The notes beneath the pieces are model-generated. The model had not been told where the DNA came from. It ran no database searches and saw nothing but the letters and a program-made list of their open reading frames with translations. A program made the position numbers and the translations under genes. Of a DNA stretch of 64,000 nt, positions 24,232-36,000 are shown piece after piece. Positions within the stretch are counted from its first letter, which is position 1. Every line of letters begins with the position of its first letter. The stretch covers positions 930,001 to 994,000 of the forward strand of contig JABVCE010000012.1 of the NCBI GenBank assembly GCA_014905635.1, written 5' to 3'. The stretch is from Scenedesmus sp. PABB004. Taxonomy: Eukaryota.

Positions 24232-25460
24232 CGGCGGCGCCGGCTGCGGCGCGGCGCGGGGCGCAGGGCGAGGCGCGCGGTGGCGGGCGCGGGGGCACGC
24301 GCGTGCGCGGGGCGCTGGGATGAACGACACGGATCGGCGCGGGACGCTTGCGAGTGTGTGGAGCGGGGCGCGGGCGCGACAGGTGCTGGCCGCATCATAG
24401 AGAACCACCGACCGCTCACAAATATCTCCGCTCCGCTACAACTCACACTCCGTCCATGGACAAATGTGAGGGATGTCCGGCGCGCTGGGCACCTCCTGCA
24501 GCACGTGCGTGCACGCTCGCGCGCCGCCGCGCGCGCGGGAGGCCTGCCGAGGGCCGGTCAATGTGGTCAGCGCGCCGGGCCCGCCGCCTCGCCACCGCCC
24601 CACAGGCCACCAGCGCGCCCGCCGTGGCTGGTGTTGCTGCGGGCGCGCGACGGCGGAAGCTGCCACGCGGCTGCTGCAGGCCTGCAGTGCGGCTCCCAGG
24701 AGCCGCGGCGGCGGCGCGCCCACCACGGTGACTCGCGGCCGCCGGCCGCACGCGGCTGCGCGGCCCGCCGTGCCGTGGCCTCTGGCGCGCGCCCGCGAGG
24801 ATCAAGTTCTGTTTCCATGCTGCGCGGCCAGCAGCGACACAGGTCGGCCGCAGGCCGCCGCTCCAACAACTGACAGCCGGCGCCCCCTGCCTCGCGGCAG
24901 GGGAGCGCGAGGCGTCCGCCCCAGACCACCCCATGCACGCCCCGGCGGCGGCGCGTCGGCCCGTTTCGCGCCCCATCAGCGACCGCGCGCTGCGCGCGCG
25001 CCCGCCCCCCCCCCCCCCCAATCGCTTGGCGCAAGTGTCGTGCGTTCCACCGGGCCGCAAGCGTTGCGCCAGCTAGCTGGCGCGCGGGCAGCGCTGCCCG
25101 CGCGGCGGCTGCTCGCCGCCGCAGTGCTCGCCGCCTCTGCACAGCCGCCGCAGCCTGCCGGCCGCGCGCGACAGCGTGCGGCCTCACACACGCGTGGCGG
25201 CGTTCAAACCTCTAGGGTTTTAGAGCTGCGCGCGCGCACTCTGAGCTGCGCAGCTCCTGCATGAAACGACAAAGAGAGAGGTGGGAGACGGCTCTGGTCT
25301 CTCAGGCTCTATACAGTCGCTGATCGCCGCCACAGCGCAGCGCCAGCGCCGCCCTGGCGGCTGCTCGCGAACCGGCTGCTCGCCGGCGGCCGCGCGCGGG
25401 CGCGGCCGCCTGCTGCGTGGCCGGCCGGCCGAGGTTGGTTGACGCGTAGAGCGACTGCCG
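24232..25460. repeat. tandem duplication, copy 2 (about 1.23 kb)
   Basis: Same blocks as copy 1 with scattered substitutions and small insertions. Ends just before the GH1 stop codon. Confidence 0.95.
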
Positions 25461-25485
25461 CGCGCTGGCTCACTTGACCGCTTGA

Positions 25486-28400
25486 TCACTTGATCATGCT
25501 CGACTTGGTGAACACGTTGTCGCGCAGCCACAGCCCGCTGTCCTTGACGCGGCGCGGCAGGCCGGGCGTGCCAAAGTCGACGCGCACAATGCCAAAGCGC
25601 GTGCCAAAGCCCTCGCGCCACTCCCAGTTGTCGGTGAAGCTCCACGCGTAGTAATGCGTGAGCCGCACGCCCGCGTCCACCGCCCTGGCAACGGCCGCGG
25701 CCGCGCCGGCGGCGCCGGCGGCGGTCAGGCAGGTGCGCGGCAGGTGCGCGGCGGCCCGCGCGCGCGCGGCGGCTGGCGCTGGTGAGAGCTGCCCGGGCGG
25801 CGCCGCGCGTCGGTGGCGCGCCGCACTTGCAGGCCTCCCCGATGTAGCCCTTGAAGTAGTCGACGCGCAGCGGGTCGCGCAGCGCGGCGTCGCCCGTCCT
25901 GCAAGCACGGCCGCGCCGCGCCGCGCGCGTCGGCGCCGCGCGCCGCCCTCGTCGCCTCCCCGCCTCCCTCGCCCGCCCGCCCGCCGCCCCGCCGCCGTCG
26001 CGCGCGTGCGCGCGCGCGCGCGGTCGCGGCGCACCGGCCGGCCTCGCCCTTTTCGCTGATGCCGTTCTCCATGACCCAGATGTAGGGGTTGTCGTAGCGG
26101 GCCTTCATGTAGGCGAGCATGCGCTGCATGGACCAGGGCACGTTGTACAGCCAGTAGCTCTCAGCCTGCACGCCGACCACCCTGGGCGCGGCGGCGCGAG
26201 CCGAGCGGGGCGGCGCTGGGCGCGCGCGGCGCGAGCCGAGCGGGGTGCGGCGGCGGGCGTGCGCGCGCGGCGCGGGCGCGCGCGGCGCGGCGCAAAGGGC
26301 GGCGCGGGCGGGCGGGGCACTCACTTCCCGTTGACGTCCGTCGTGCGCACCCACCAGCCGTTGGGGTTGCCGGGCACCTCGCTCGCATACTTGGCGGTCT
26401 GCGGGCGCGCGGCGCGCGGGGGGTGTGTGGGCCGGCGCCCCGCAGTGGGCGCGCGGCGGGCGCCGTACGCGAGCGCCGGAAGCTCGCCGCGCTGCTGGAC
26501 TGCTGCGCTGCTGCGCTGCTGCACTGCTGCACGCGGCGCCGCGGCTCACATAGAGCGTGAAGCCCATGTAGTCGTACGAGCGGCGCAGCAGCGCCTTTTG
26601 CGCGTCGGTGAACGCCGGCAGGCCGTTCTGCGTCTGCGTGCGCTTGACCTGCTCGGGGTAGTCGCCAAAGTGGATCGCGTCGGCAAACCAGCCAAAGTCG
26701 ATGTCCATCTTGTTCTGCGCCGCGCGCTTGTCTGCGGCGCGCGCGCGCGGGCGGCGCCCGCGGGCGGGCGTCTGCGCGTGGGCGGGCGGGCGCGCGCACG
26801 CGCCGAGGCGGCGCGGCGCGGGCCGCGCGGCGCCGGTGCGGCTGCGGGGGCGCGCGCGGGCGGCGCGCCCACCCTCAAACTTGTCGGTCCAGGGCTCGCT
26901 CCACTCGCTCCATAGCGCCATGCCGATCTTGCCGCCCTGCTTGGGCTTGTGCACGGTGCGGTAGAGCTGCACCGCCGTTGCGTGCGCGAGCAGCAGGTTG
27001 TGCCCGCACTTCCACTTGCCGCTGTCGCCGTACGCAACGCCCGGCGCAAAGTCGCCGTTGCCGTACTGGTTGTTGCAGACGACCCAGGGCTCGTTGAAGG
27101 TCGTCCACTTCTTCACGCGGTCGCCAAACCTGACCGCGGGCGGCGCGGCGGCGCAGGGAAGCGGTCGGCGCGGCCGGCGCTGGGGCGGCCGCGTGCGAAA
27201 CAACGCCACTGCGGCGCACCGCTTGAACGCGACGTCCGCGTAGTACTTAAAGTCCTCAACGATCTCCTGGCTCAGCAGGCCCTGGTACTTGTCCTGCAGC
27301 ACCTGCGCGCCGCGCCCGCGGCGGCGGCGGCAGCGCGGCGCCGCGCTGAGGCGGGCCGGGGCGGGCCGCGCGGGCGCGCGTTGCCGCCGCATGCGGCGGC
27401 GCGGGCCGCGCTCGGCTGCCTGGGGCGTGCCGCCGCGCTGCGCGCCTGGGGCATGTCCCAGTGGTAGAGCGTGACGGCGGGCTCGATGCCGGCGGCCTTG
27501 AGCGCGTTGATGACGGCGTCGTAGAAGGCAGCGCCCTCAGCGCTCACCGCGCTGCCGCGCACGCCGCCGGGGACGAGCCGGCTCCAGCTGATTGACAGCC
27601 TGTGCCCCGGCGGCGGCGGCGCGCCGTGCGTCAGCCGCAGGGGGCCCGCTGCCCGCTGCCCGCTGCCGCCCCCGCGCCGCCCACCACCGCCGCCGCCCGC
27701 CCGCGCGCGGCCTGCCGCCGCTGCGCGTCATCATCCCCTGCCGCCGGCGCCGAGGGCGCCGCGCGCCTGAAGTTCTTCACGCCCAGGCTCTTCATGAGCG
27801 CGATGTCATCCTTGTACTTGTTATAAAAGTCTGTTGCGACGGCGGGGCTCGACCCGTCCGCGATCTTGCCCGGTATCTTGGCAAACACGTCCCACACGCT
27901 CGGCGACCGCCCGCCGACCGCCGCGGCGCCCTCGACCTGCAGCGGCGGCGCGCGGCCGCGGCGGGGCGTCGGTCGGCGGCCCGGCGGCCAGGCGTCACCG
28001 GCGCCGCGCTGCTGCTGCGACTCGGGTGCGTCTGCGCACCTGCGGCGCGGAGGAGCCGACGCCGAACGCGATCTTGTTCAGCGTGGTGGAGGAGCAGCCG
28101 GGCGGCTGCGCCAGCGCCTGCGGCGGGCGGCGGCGGCGGCGCGCGCGCGGCGGTTGGCGCGCAGCGCGGCCGCGCGGACGCGGCGTCCGCGCTGCTGCCG
28201 CCGGCCTGCTGCCCGGCCTGCTGCCCGGCGATCGGCTCCGGGTTGCTGCAGTTGACGGCGTGCTTCCCGCGGCGTCGTGCGGGGCTGTCCGCGCGCCGCT
28301 GCGCGAAGCCGGGGCCATCGGCAGCGCTCCCCGGCCCGCGCCGGGCGCTACGGCACCTCCGGCCCGGCACCACGCACGGCCACGCTGCGATGCGACTGCT

Positions 28401-28529
28401 GGCGGCCGCCTGGCGCGCATGGCCCGCCCAGGGCGCGGGGCGGGGCTGCGCGCGCCCACCCGCACTCACCGTCGACGCGAGCGTCAGCAGCGCCGCCCCC
28501 AGTGCTGCGAGCACGCGCGTAGGCGCCAT
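25486..28529 (-). CDS. glycoside hydrolase family 1 beta-glucosidase, secreted
   Basis: Signal peptide [23 protein letters not shown]. Motifs [46 protein letters not shown] (acid/base), VMENG (nucleophile) and [14 protein letters not shown]. Confidence 0.95.
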
Positions 28530-28929
28530 GCCGCTCTCGCCGCGGTCTGAGCGGCAGCGGCCACGCGTCACCGCGGAGGGGCTGCTGCTCGGGTGCGGCC
28601 CGAGCTGGAACTGAACGCAGCCAGCGCCCGCCCGCTGCCTGCGCGCTGCCAGACCGCCTGGTCGCGGTGCGCACGGGCCTCCGAGCTGCGCGGGGACGGC
28701 AGCAGCACCGGAATGAGCCGCGCGGGCTTACCGAGCTCGAGGGCTGCTGCCAGCTCTCGCCGTTTGCGCCCGAGCGCTGCTGGTGAGCCTGATGGGTCGT
28801 CTCAGGGCCCAGCCGTCGAGCGAGCGCCGCCAGCGCCGCCGCCGGCGGCGCCGCTGCGCGCGCTGCGCGGCACCGGTGGCGAGGCAGCCTGGCCGCGGAC
28901 CCTCTCGCTGCCACGCGCGGTCGGCCAGG

Positions 28930-28941
28930 TTACAGGTTACA
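28930..28941 (-). terminator. two TGTAA polyadenylation signals
   Basis: TTACAGGTTACA on the plus strand, about 270 bp downstream of the minus-strand stop at 29208. TGTAA is the chlorophycean poly(A) signal. Confidence 0.5.
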
Positions 28942-29207
28942 GGGCGCCGCAGCTCAGGGCTGAGCGTTCTTGTGTGTTGTACAGTGTACATTTGGGCGCA
29001 AAACCGTGGCGAGGAGGGGCCCGCGAGGCAAGCAAGCAAGGGGGGGGGGGGGGGGAGTTCGTACAGGCTAGTGGTTGCGCGTCTTGTCGAGCCGCCACAA
29101 GGCGCACAGCCTACATGTGTGTGCCGCGCGGCGGCGGCTCGACACGGCGCGGTGGTCTGGTGTACAAGCAGCCGCGAGCCGGGCTCGCCAGGGCGCCGGC
29201 CGCGGGC

Positions 29208-30829
29208 TCAGTGGCTGTCGGCGAGCATCGAGAAGCGCCTGCTCAGCGCCTGCACCGCCTCGCGCTGCTGCGCGCCGCGCTGCTCGTCGAGCTCGCCCGC
29301 GAGCGCCGCCGAGAGCACGCCCAGGCTCTCGAGCTGCTCCCCGATCTCGGCCAGCCGCGCGGCGATGGCCGCCGGCGTGAGCGCCGCGTCGCCGGGCGGC
29401 GCCGCGGGCGGCGCGGGCGCGCCGGCCCCCGCCGCCCCGCCCGCGCCGGCGGCGCCGACCCAGCTCCGCAGCAGGGCCCACGCGCCGCCGCCGCGCGCGG
29501 CCGCGGCCTGCTGCGGCCGCTGCCTCGCGAGCGCGGTGAGCATCGCGCGCTCCGCGCTCAGCATCTGTCGCTCCGCCTCAAACGCGGCGAGCTGCGCCGT
29601 GAGGCGCCCGACCATCCACTCGTGATACCCCGGCGCGTCGGCGTCCACCGCGGCGGCGCCGCTCGCGGGGCCCCGCGGCCCGGCAGCGGCGGCGGCGGCG
29701 GCGCCGGCCGCGCGGCGCGCGCGCGGGCACCGCCGCCACGGGCGGCCGCCGCGGCGGCCGCCGCCGCGGCGGCGTGCAGCTCGAGCGCGGACGCGGACGC
29801 GGACGCGGCGCTCACCCCCGCGCTGCCCGCCGGCGGGAGGTGCGTGCCGGGCGGCGCGTGCGCGTGCGTGGCCTCCTCGCGCCAGATGGCCGCCAGCGCC
29901 GCCGCGGCGGCCAGGCCCATGAGCGCAACGCCCACGCGGGCGAGCCGGAGCGACGCGGGCGCGAGCGCCGCGGCGCCGCCGGCCGCGGCGCCCGCGCGCA
30001 GCGGCAGCCGCGCCCCGCCCGCGCCGCCGCCGCCGCCGCCGGGCGGCGGCCGGGGCGCGCCGCGCGGCGGCGCGCCGTGCGCCGCGTCGTGCGGCGCCCA
30101 GCTCGCGCACGCGCTGGCCGCGAGCGCGCCGGGCCCCGCCGCGCCGCGCGGCACGGCGGGCGGCGCAAAGGGCGCGGCGCCCGGCGCGCACGCGGGCGGT
30201 GGCGGCGGGCCCGCCCAGCCCGCTGGCGCGGCCGCCGGCGCGCGCGGCGCGAGGCCGCCCGCCGGCGCGCGCGGCACCAGCCCGGTGGCATCCCAGCCGC
30301 CGCCGGCGCCCACCACGAGCAGCTGGCCGCGGCTCGCCGCCGCCACGCGCTGCAGCAGGCCGGGCTGGCGCGGCGCGCGCTGCTGCAGGGCGCCGCCGCC
30401 GGGCGCGCCCCGGGGCGCGAGCGCCGCCTGCCGCGCCGCGGCCAGCGGCAGCAGGCCCTCGCCACCGCCGCCGCCGCCGCCGCCGCTGGGGCTGCAGTCG
30501 GTGCGGCGGGGCGCGCCGCCCGGGGGCAGCGCGATGCGCGTGGTGCGGCCGTCTGGCAGGTGGATCACCACGCCGGCGCCGCGCTGCCGCACGGCGGTGT
30601 TGAGCGTCAGCGGCCGCAGCAGGCGGCCGAGCACGCCCGCCGCCGTCGCCCGCCGCGCCGCGGCGCCGCTCGGCACCGCCGTCGCCGCGTCGTCACCGCC
30701 GCGGCCCGCGGCGCTGCCGTGCCCGCGCGCGCCGCCGCGCGCCGGGCCGAGCGCCGGGGCGAGCGGCGCCGGCGCGGGGCGCCGCAGGCCCGGCGGCGGC
30801 ACGGCCTGCACCACCTGGACCAGGTACAT
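29208..30829 (-). CDS. hypothetical protein with one hydrophobic segment and C-terminal coiled coil; 5' exons upstream unresolved
   Basis: Coding-like stretches [10 protein letters not shown]..., [35 protein letters not shown] and [24 protein letters not shown]...[12 protein letters not shown]. An acceptor AG lies immediately upstream of 30830. Confidence 0.55.
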
Positions 30830-31404
30830 CCTGGCTGCGCGCGGCGGGCAGCAGCGAGCAGCAGCGGTTGGCGCCGCGCCGCCGTGGGGCGCCGCCGCGG
30901 CCCTGGCGCCGCGCCCGCTGCGCCGGTGCTGCGGCCCGGGGCCGCCGGGCAGGCCCGCCGCCCACGCGGCGCACCTCGAGGGCCGGCCGAGGCGCAGACG
31001 GGTCGCGCGCCCGCCGGCGCTGCGCAGGCTCCCTGGGGCTGCAGGTGTCGGGGATCGGCTGTCGGGAGGGCGGGCGGGGCGAGCGGGCACGCGAAGCGCG
31101 CGGGAGGCGCAGGGCCACTGTTGCGAGGATTCGCTGCGCCTCTCTCGCTGCTCCAGGGCGCCAGCGGGGGCGTCCCCGCGCCCATTGCCACCGCGCCGCA
31201 CCAGCAAGAGACGCCGCACCACCGCGCCGTGCCGTCGCCCGCATAAGCCCGCCGCCGCTGCTGCTGCTGCGCCGCCGCCGCTCGCCGCCGTCGCGGCGCC
31301 GCTCGGCGCGCCCGGCCCCGCCCCCAGGCGGCCGCCCGCGCGCCCAGCCCCCCTCCGCACCGCCCGGGCGCAGCCGCGGCGCGCGCGCGCCGGCGGACGG
31401 CAGC

Positions 31405-31698
31405 ATGATCGCGCCGAAGCGCGGCGCCGGCGCCGCCGCCAACCCGAGCCAGCTGCTGCCGAGCGAGCTCATCGACCGCTGCATCGGGTCCCAGATCTGG
31501 GTCATCATGAAGGGCGACAAGGAGATCGTGGGCACGCTGCGCGGGTTTGACGTGTACGTCAACATGGTGCTCGAGGACGTGCGCGAGATCGAGGCCACGC
31601 CCGAGGGCACGCGCGTCACGCAGCTCGACCAGATCCTGCTCAACGGCAACAACATCGCCGTGCTCGTCCCGGGGGGCAAGCCCGACGACGTGCCGTGA
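31405..31698 (+). CDS. LSM5: U6 snRNA-associated Sm-like protein LSm5
   Basis: [47 protein letters not shown]...[18 protein letters not shown]. Single exon, 97 aa. Confidence 0.97.
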   Translation: MIAPKRGAGAAANPSQLLPSELIDRCIGSQIWVIMKGDKEIVGTLRGFDVYVNMVLEDVREIEATPEGTRVTQLDQILLNGNNIAVLVPGGKPDDVP

Positions 31699-31916
31699 CG
31701 CCGCGGCGCGCCCGCGGGCCGGCAAACGGGCGCGCGGCGGCGAGCGGGCGCGGATGCGCGGCGCGCGGCGCGGGGGCGGCTGCGCTGCGAGACGCGCACC
31801 CCACCGCGCCGCGCGCGGGGCTCTGCGCGCACGCGGGGCCGACCGCTGTACAGACGGGCGCGCGGCGGGGCGCGCCGGTAACCACTGGTTACCCGCTCTC
31901 GCTCGGGCGCCGCGGC

Positions 31917-32437
31917 TCAGGCGCCGCCGCCGCCGCCGCCGAGGCCCTCGATCACGGACCGCAGGCGCTCAATCTCCTCGTTTTTGAGCAGCAACTCGCT
32001 AAAGTGCAGGCCGAAGACCGCCGCGTTGTTTTCGAGCTCGCCCTGCAGCTCGGCGATGCGCGCCTCGGCCGCGCGCGTCGCGGCGCGCGCCTCGCCGAGC
32101 GCGGCGGCCTGGCGCTCCGCCTCGGCGCGCAGCGCGTCGCCCTCGGCCTCGAGCTGCCGCACGCGGCGCTGCGCGGCGGCGAGGCGCGAGGCGTAGAGCT
32201 GCAGCGCCGAGGCGTTGCTGAACGCCTCCTCGTCCAGGAACACAGCGTCCGCGACCAGGCCCCGCAGCGCCTCCAGCGCGAGCGCCGCGGTCGCGAGGTT
32301 GCCCGTCGCGGGGCCCCAGTCGCGGCCGTGCGCCGGCGGCGCCGGCGGCGGCAGCGGCGCCATCGCGAGCGCGTGCGGCTGCGCCTGCTGCTTGTGCGGG
32401 CCCGTCGGCTGCTGCTGCAGCTGCTGCTGCTGGTGGA

Positions 32438-32495
<58 letters not shown>

Positions 32496-32582
32496 GAACT
32501 GCTGCTGCTGCTGCTCGTACAGGAAGCGCCGCGCCGCCGGGTCCGCGCCCTGCTGCTGCGCCGCCGCCGCGGCGTCGGCCAT
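31917..32582 (-). CDS. hypothetical poly-Q coiled-coil protein
   Basis: Single 221-aa ORF with a CAG poly-Q tract and the coiled-coil C-terminus ELENNAAVFGLHFSELLLKNEEIERLRSVIEGL. Confidence 0.7.
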
Positions 32583-33011
32583 GCGCGCGCGCGGCGCCGG
32601 CCGGCGCTGCTGCCTGTGGCGCTGCTGGGCGGGCGGGAGGGCCGGGGCGCCGTGCGGGGGCGTGCGTGCGGGCGGCGGTTGCCGCGCGGCGGCGCACGAG
32701 CAGCGGCGATCGCGCGGGAGCAGGCACGACAGGTGTTCGCTGCCCGGCGACGCCTATTTGCGTGTGTGTCGGCGGTGGTGTGCTGCCCGGGGCCCCGACG
32801 GATGAGAGGCGCCGGCGGCGGAGCAGCGGCAACTCACCGGACGCCCGCGGGTCTCAAGCGGCCGGGTCGTTGAGCGCGTGCCGCTGGCCCCGGTCCCCCG
32901 CATTCCAGAGCTGCGGCAGGGCTCGACAGCCGCGGCCTGTGACGACACGCACCGCCGGCGGGCGCGGCAGCAGCGGCGGCGGCACCGGCGCCGCGCGGCG
33001 CGGCGATCAAA

Positions 33012-36000
33012 ATGGCCCCGCGCTACGTCATTGGCGTGGACGGCGGCACAGAGAGCCTGCGCGCCGGCGTGTTTGACGCGAGCGGTGCGGTGTCGCGCGC
33101 GGCGCGGGGTGGCGCCGCGCCGCGCGACCCCCCGCGCAGCTGCCGCGCGCTCACCGCCCCCCCCCCCCACGTGCGCGCAGGCCGGCCGCTGGCCTTTGCG
33201 GCGGCGCCATATGCCACCACCTTCCCGCACCCGGGCTGGGCCGAGCAGGCGCCGGCGGACTGGTGGGCCGCGCTCGGCACCGCCGTGCGCGCAGCGGTCG
33301 CCGAGGCGAAGGTGGCGCCGGGGGACATCGCCGCGCTGTGCGTCGACACCACCAACTGCACCGTCGTCGCGCTCGATGCGGGTGAGTGGCGTTCACTTGG
33401 GGCACTGCGCCGCTGCCCGCGCGCCCGCCCGCGCGCCCGCCCGCGCGCCCGCCCGCGCGCCCGCCCACGTGCCCGCGCCGCCGCCGCCGCCGCCGCGTGG
33501 CAGGCGGGCAGGCGCTGCGCCCGGCGCTGCTGTGGATGGACATGCGCTCCGCGGCGCAGGCGGACCAGGTCGCGGCCACGCGCGACGCCGCGCTGCGCGT
33601 GAACAGCGGCGGCGCAGGCCCCGTGAGCGCCGAGTGGATGATCCCCAAGGCCCTCTGGCTCGCGCAGCAGGAGCCGGCCACGTACGAGGTGCGCGCGCGC
33701 GGCCCGCGCGCCACCGCGGCGCACCGGCACGTCGCCGGCTGCTCGCGGGACACCTGGCCACGCAGCGCTGGTTCATTGACATCTCCCAGATGTTCTCTCT
33801 TGACCTTTCCTTGCCTCACTTAGTCTTTCTTGCTCGGCCTGACTCTGCGTGTCCCCCACGCTCCCGCCGCGCAGGCCGCCGCGACCATCTGCGAGTACCA
33901 GGACTTCCTCAACTACCACCTCACAGGCGCGGCAGGGTTTAGGGGCGAGGCAGGGTTCAGGGGCGAGGCAGGGTTGTGGGGCGAGGCGCCCCGCACGGCA
34001 GCCGGCAGGCAGGCAGGCAGGCAGGCAGCCAGCCGGGCAGCCAGGCAGGGGCGTGGCGCGCCGCGCGAGGTGACCGCCGCCGCCGCCGCCGCCGCCACCG
34101 CGACGCAGGCCGCATGTGCGCGAGCATCTCCAACGCCTCGGTCCGGTGGCACTACAACAGCGCCACGGGTGCGTGTGTGCGCGCTCGCACGGGCGCGGCC
34201 CGCACGGCGGCCGGCCGCCACGCGCCGCCGCCGCCCGTGCAAACGTGCCGCCGCCCGCACAAACGCACGGCGCCGTGCGAGCAGGCTGGCCGCTGTCGCT
34301 GCTGGACAAGCTCGGCCTGTCCTCGCTCGCGTCCAAGTGGCCGGCCGAGGTGCTGCCCCTCGGCGCGCCCGTGGGCGGCCTCACCGCCAGGCGCGCGCGC
34401 TGCGCACCGCCGCCGGGACCGCGCGCGGGCGTGCACGCGCCCACGCCCGCCTGACCGCGCCCGCCCGACCGCGCCCGCGCCCGCGCAGCGCGGCGTCGCA
34501 CCTGGGCCTGCCGGAGGGGCTGCTCGTCGCGCAGGGCGGGTCTGACGCCTTCATCGGAATGCTCGGCCTCGGCGTGGTCGCGCCGGGCCAGATGGCGATG
34601 CTCACGGGTGCGCCGCTCCCCCGCACGCCCGCCCGGGCCCGCTCCGCGGCGCGCCGCCGCGCCGCCGCCGCGCGCACCCCGACCCCGGCCACCTCCCCGT
34701 CCTCCCCACGCCGCCGCGCGCGCGCCGCCCCCGCCGCAGGCTCGTCGCACCTGCAGCTCGGCCTCTGCGCGTCGCCGCTGCACGGGCGGGGCATTTTCGG
34801 GACGTACCCCGACGCCGTCATCCCCGGCCTGCACGTTATAGAGGGCGGCCAGACCAGCACCGGCAGCGTCGTGCGCTGGCTCGCGGGCAGCCTCGCCGGC
34901 GACGGGTGGCCGGGATACGAGGCAGCGAACGCGGCCGCCGCGCGCGTGCCGCCCGGCGCGGAGGGCCTGCTCTGCTGCGAGCACTTCCAGGTCGGTGCCG
35001 GCGCGGGGGCACCGGCACGGGCGCGCGCGCGCGCGCGCGCGCCGCGCCGGCCGCGCAGCCCCCCGACGCCGCGCGCGCCGCGCGCCGCGTGCCGCGGCGC
35101 AGGGCAACCGCACGCCGCACACCGACGCGGCGGCACGCGGCGCGCTCGTGGGGCTTACGCTCAAGCACGGCCTGGGGCACGTGCTGCGCGCGGTGATGGA
35201 GGGCGTGGCGTTTGGGACGGAGCTGGTGCTGGAGAGCATGCGGGCGGGCGGCTACTCGCCCGACTCGCTCACGCTCGCGGGTGAGAGACCGGGCGCTGCG
35301 CGGCGCGGCGCGGCGCGGCGGCGCGCGCACCGACGATGCTGGCGCCCCGCCGCCCGGCGCGGCGCAGGCGGCGCGACCAAGAGCGAGCTGTGGCTGCAGA
35401 TCCACGCCGACGTTTCAAACCTGCCGCTGCGCCTGACCGAGTGCGCTTTGGGAGAGGGGGGAGGAGGCGAGGGGGCTGCTTGGCCGGCGCGCCGCGCCGC
35501 GTCCCCGGGCGCGCCCTCGCCACCCGTCCGCCGCGCGCGCCAGGGTGTCGGACGCGCCCGCGCTGGGCTGCGCGATGCTCGCGGCGGTCGCGGCGGGGCT
35601 GCACGCCGACATCCCCGCCGCCGCGGCGGCGATGGTCAAGGTCTCGCGCGTGGTGCAGCCCGACCCCGCCCGCCACGCGGCGTACGCGCGGTGCGGCGCG
35701 GCGCCGCCGCCCCTGGGCTCGGCTGTGCGCGCATGCGCGCGCTCGCCCTCGGCCCGCGCCCCGCTCTTGTCGCCAGCGCGCTCAGGCCACACCCCGCGCC
35801 GCAGGTTTTATCGCGCCTACAAAACCCTCTACCCCAGCCTGAAGACGGTGCGCCACGCGCTGGACGACGAGCACCCGCCGGCAGCGGCGGCGGCGCCGGC
35901 AGGGGAGCCGGCGGCGGGCGGGCGGGCGGCGGCGGGCGCCGCCAGCGGGGCGGCGGCCGGCGGCGGCGCGCTGCCCGCGATCATCAGCCCCTCGATCCTG

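Noticed and set aside
25205..25230. CTAAAACCCTAG (minus strand) as a telomerase RNA template
   Set aside because: The motif differs between the two copies, similar motifs recur in introns, and no properly spaced USE/TATA promoter or T-run terminator was seen.
28593..31550. Very long Arg/Ala/Pro-rich ORFs in the track (e.g. 28593-31550, 9028-11496, 53232-55808)
   Set aside because: Shadow frames caused by stop-codon scarcity at extreme GC. They overlap better-supported spliced genes and have no motifs.
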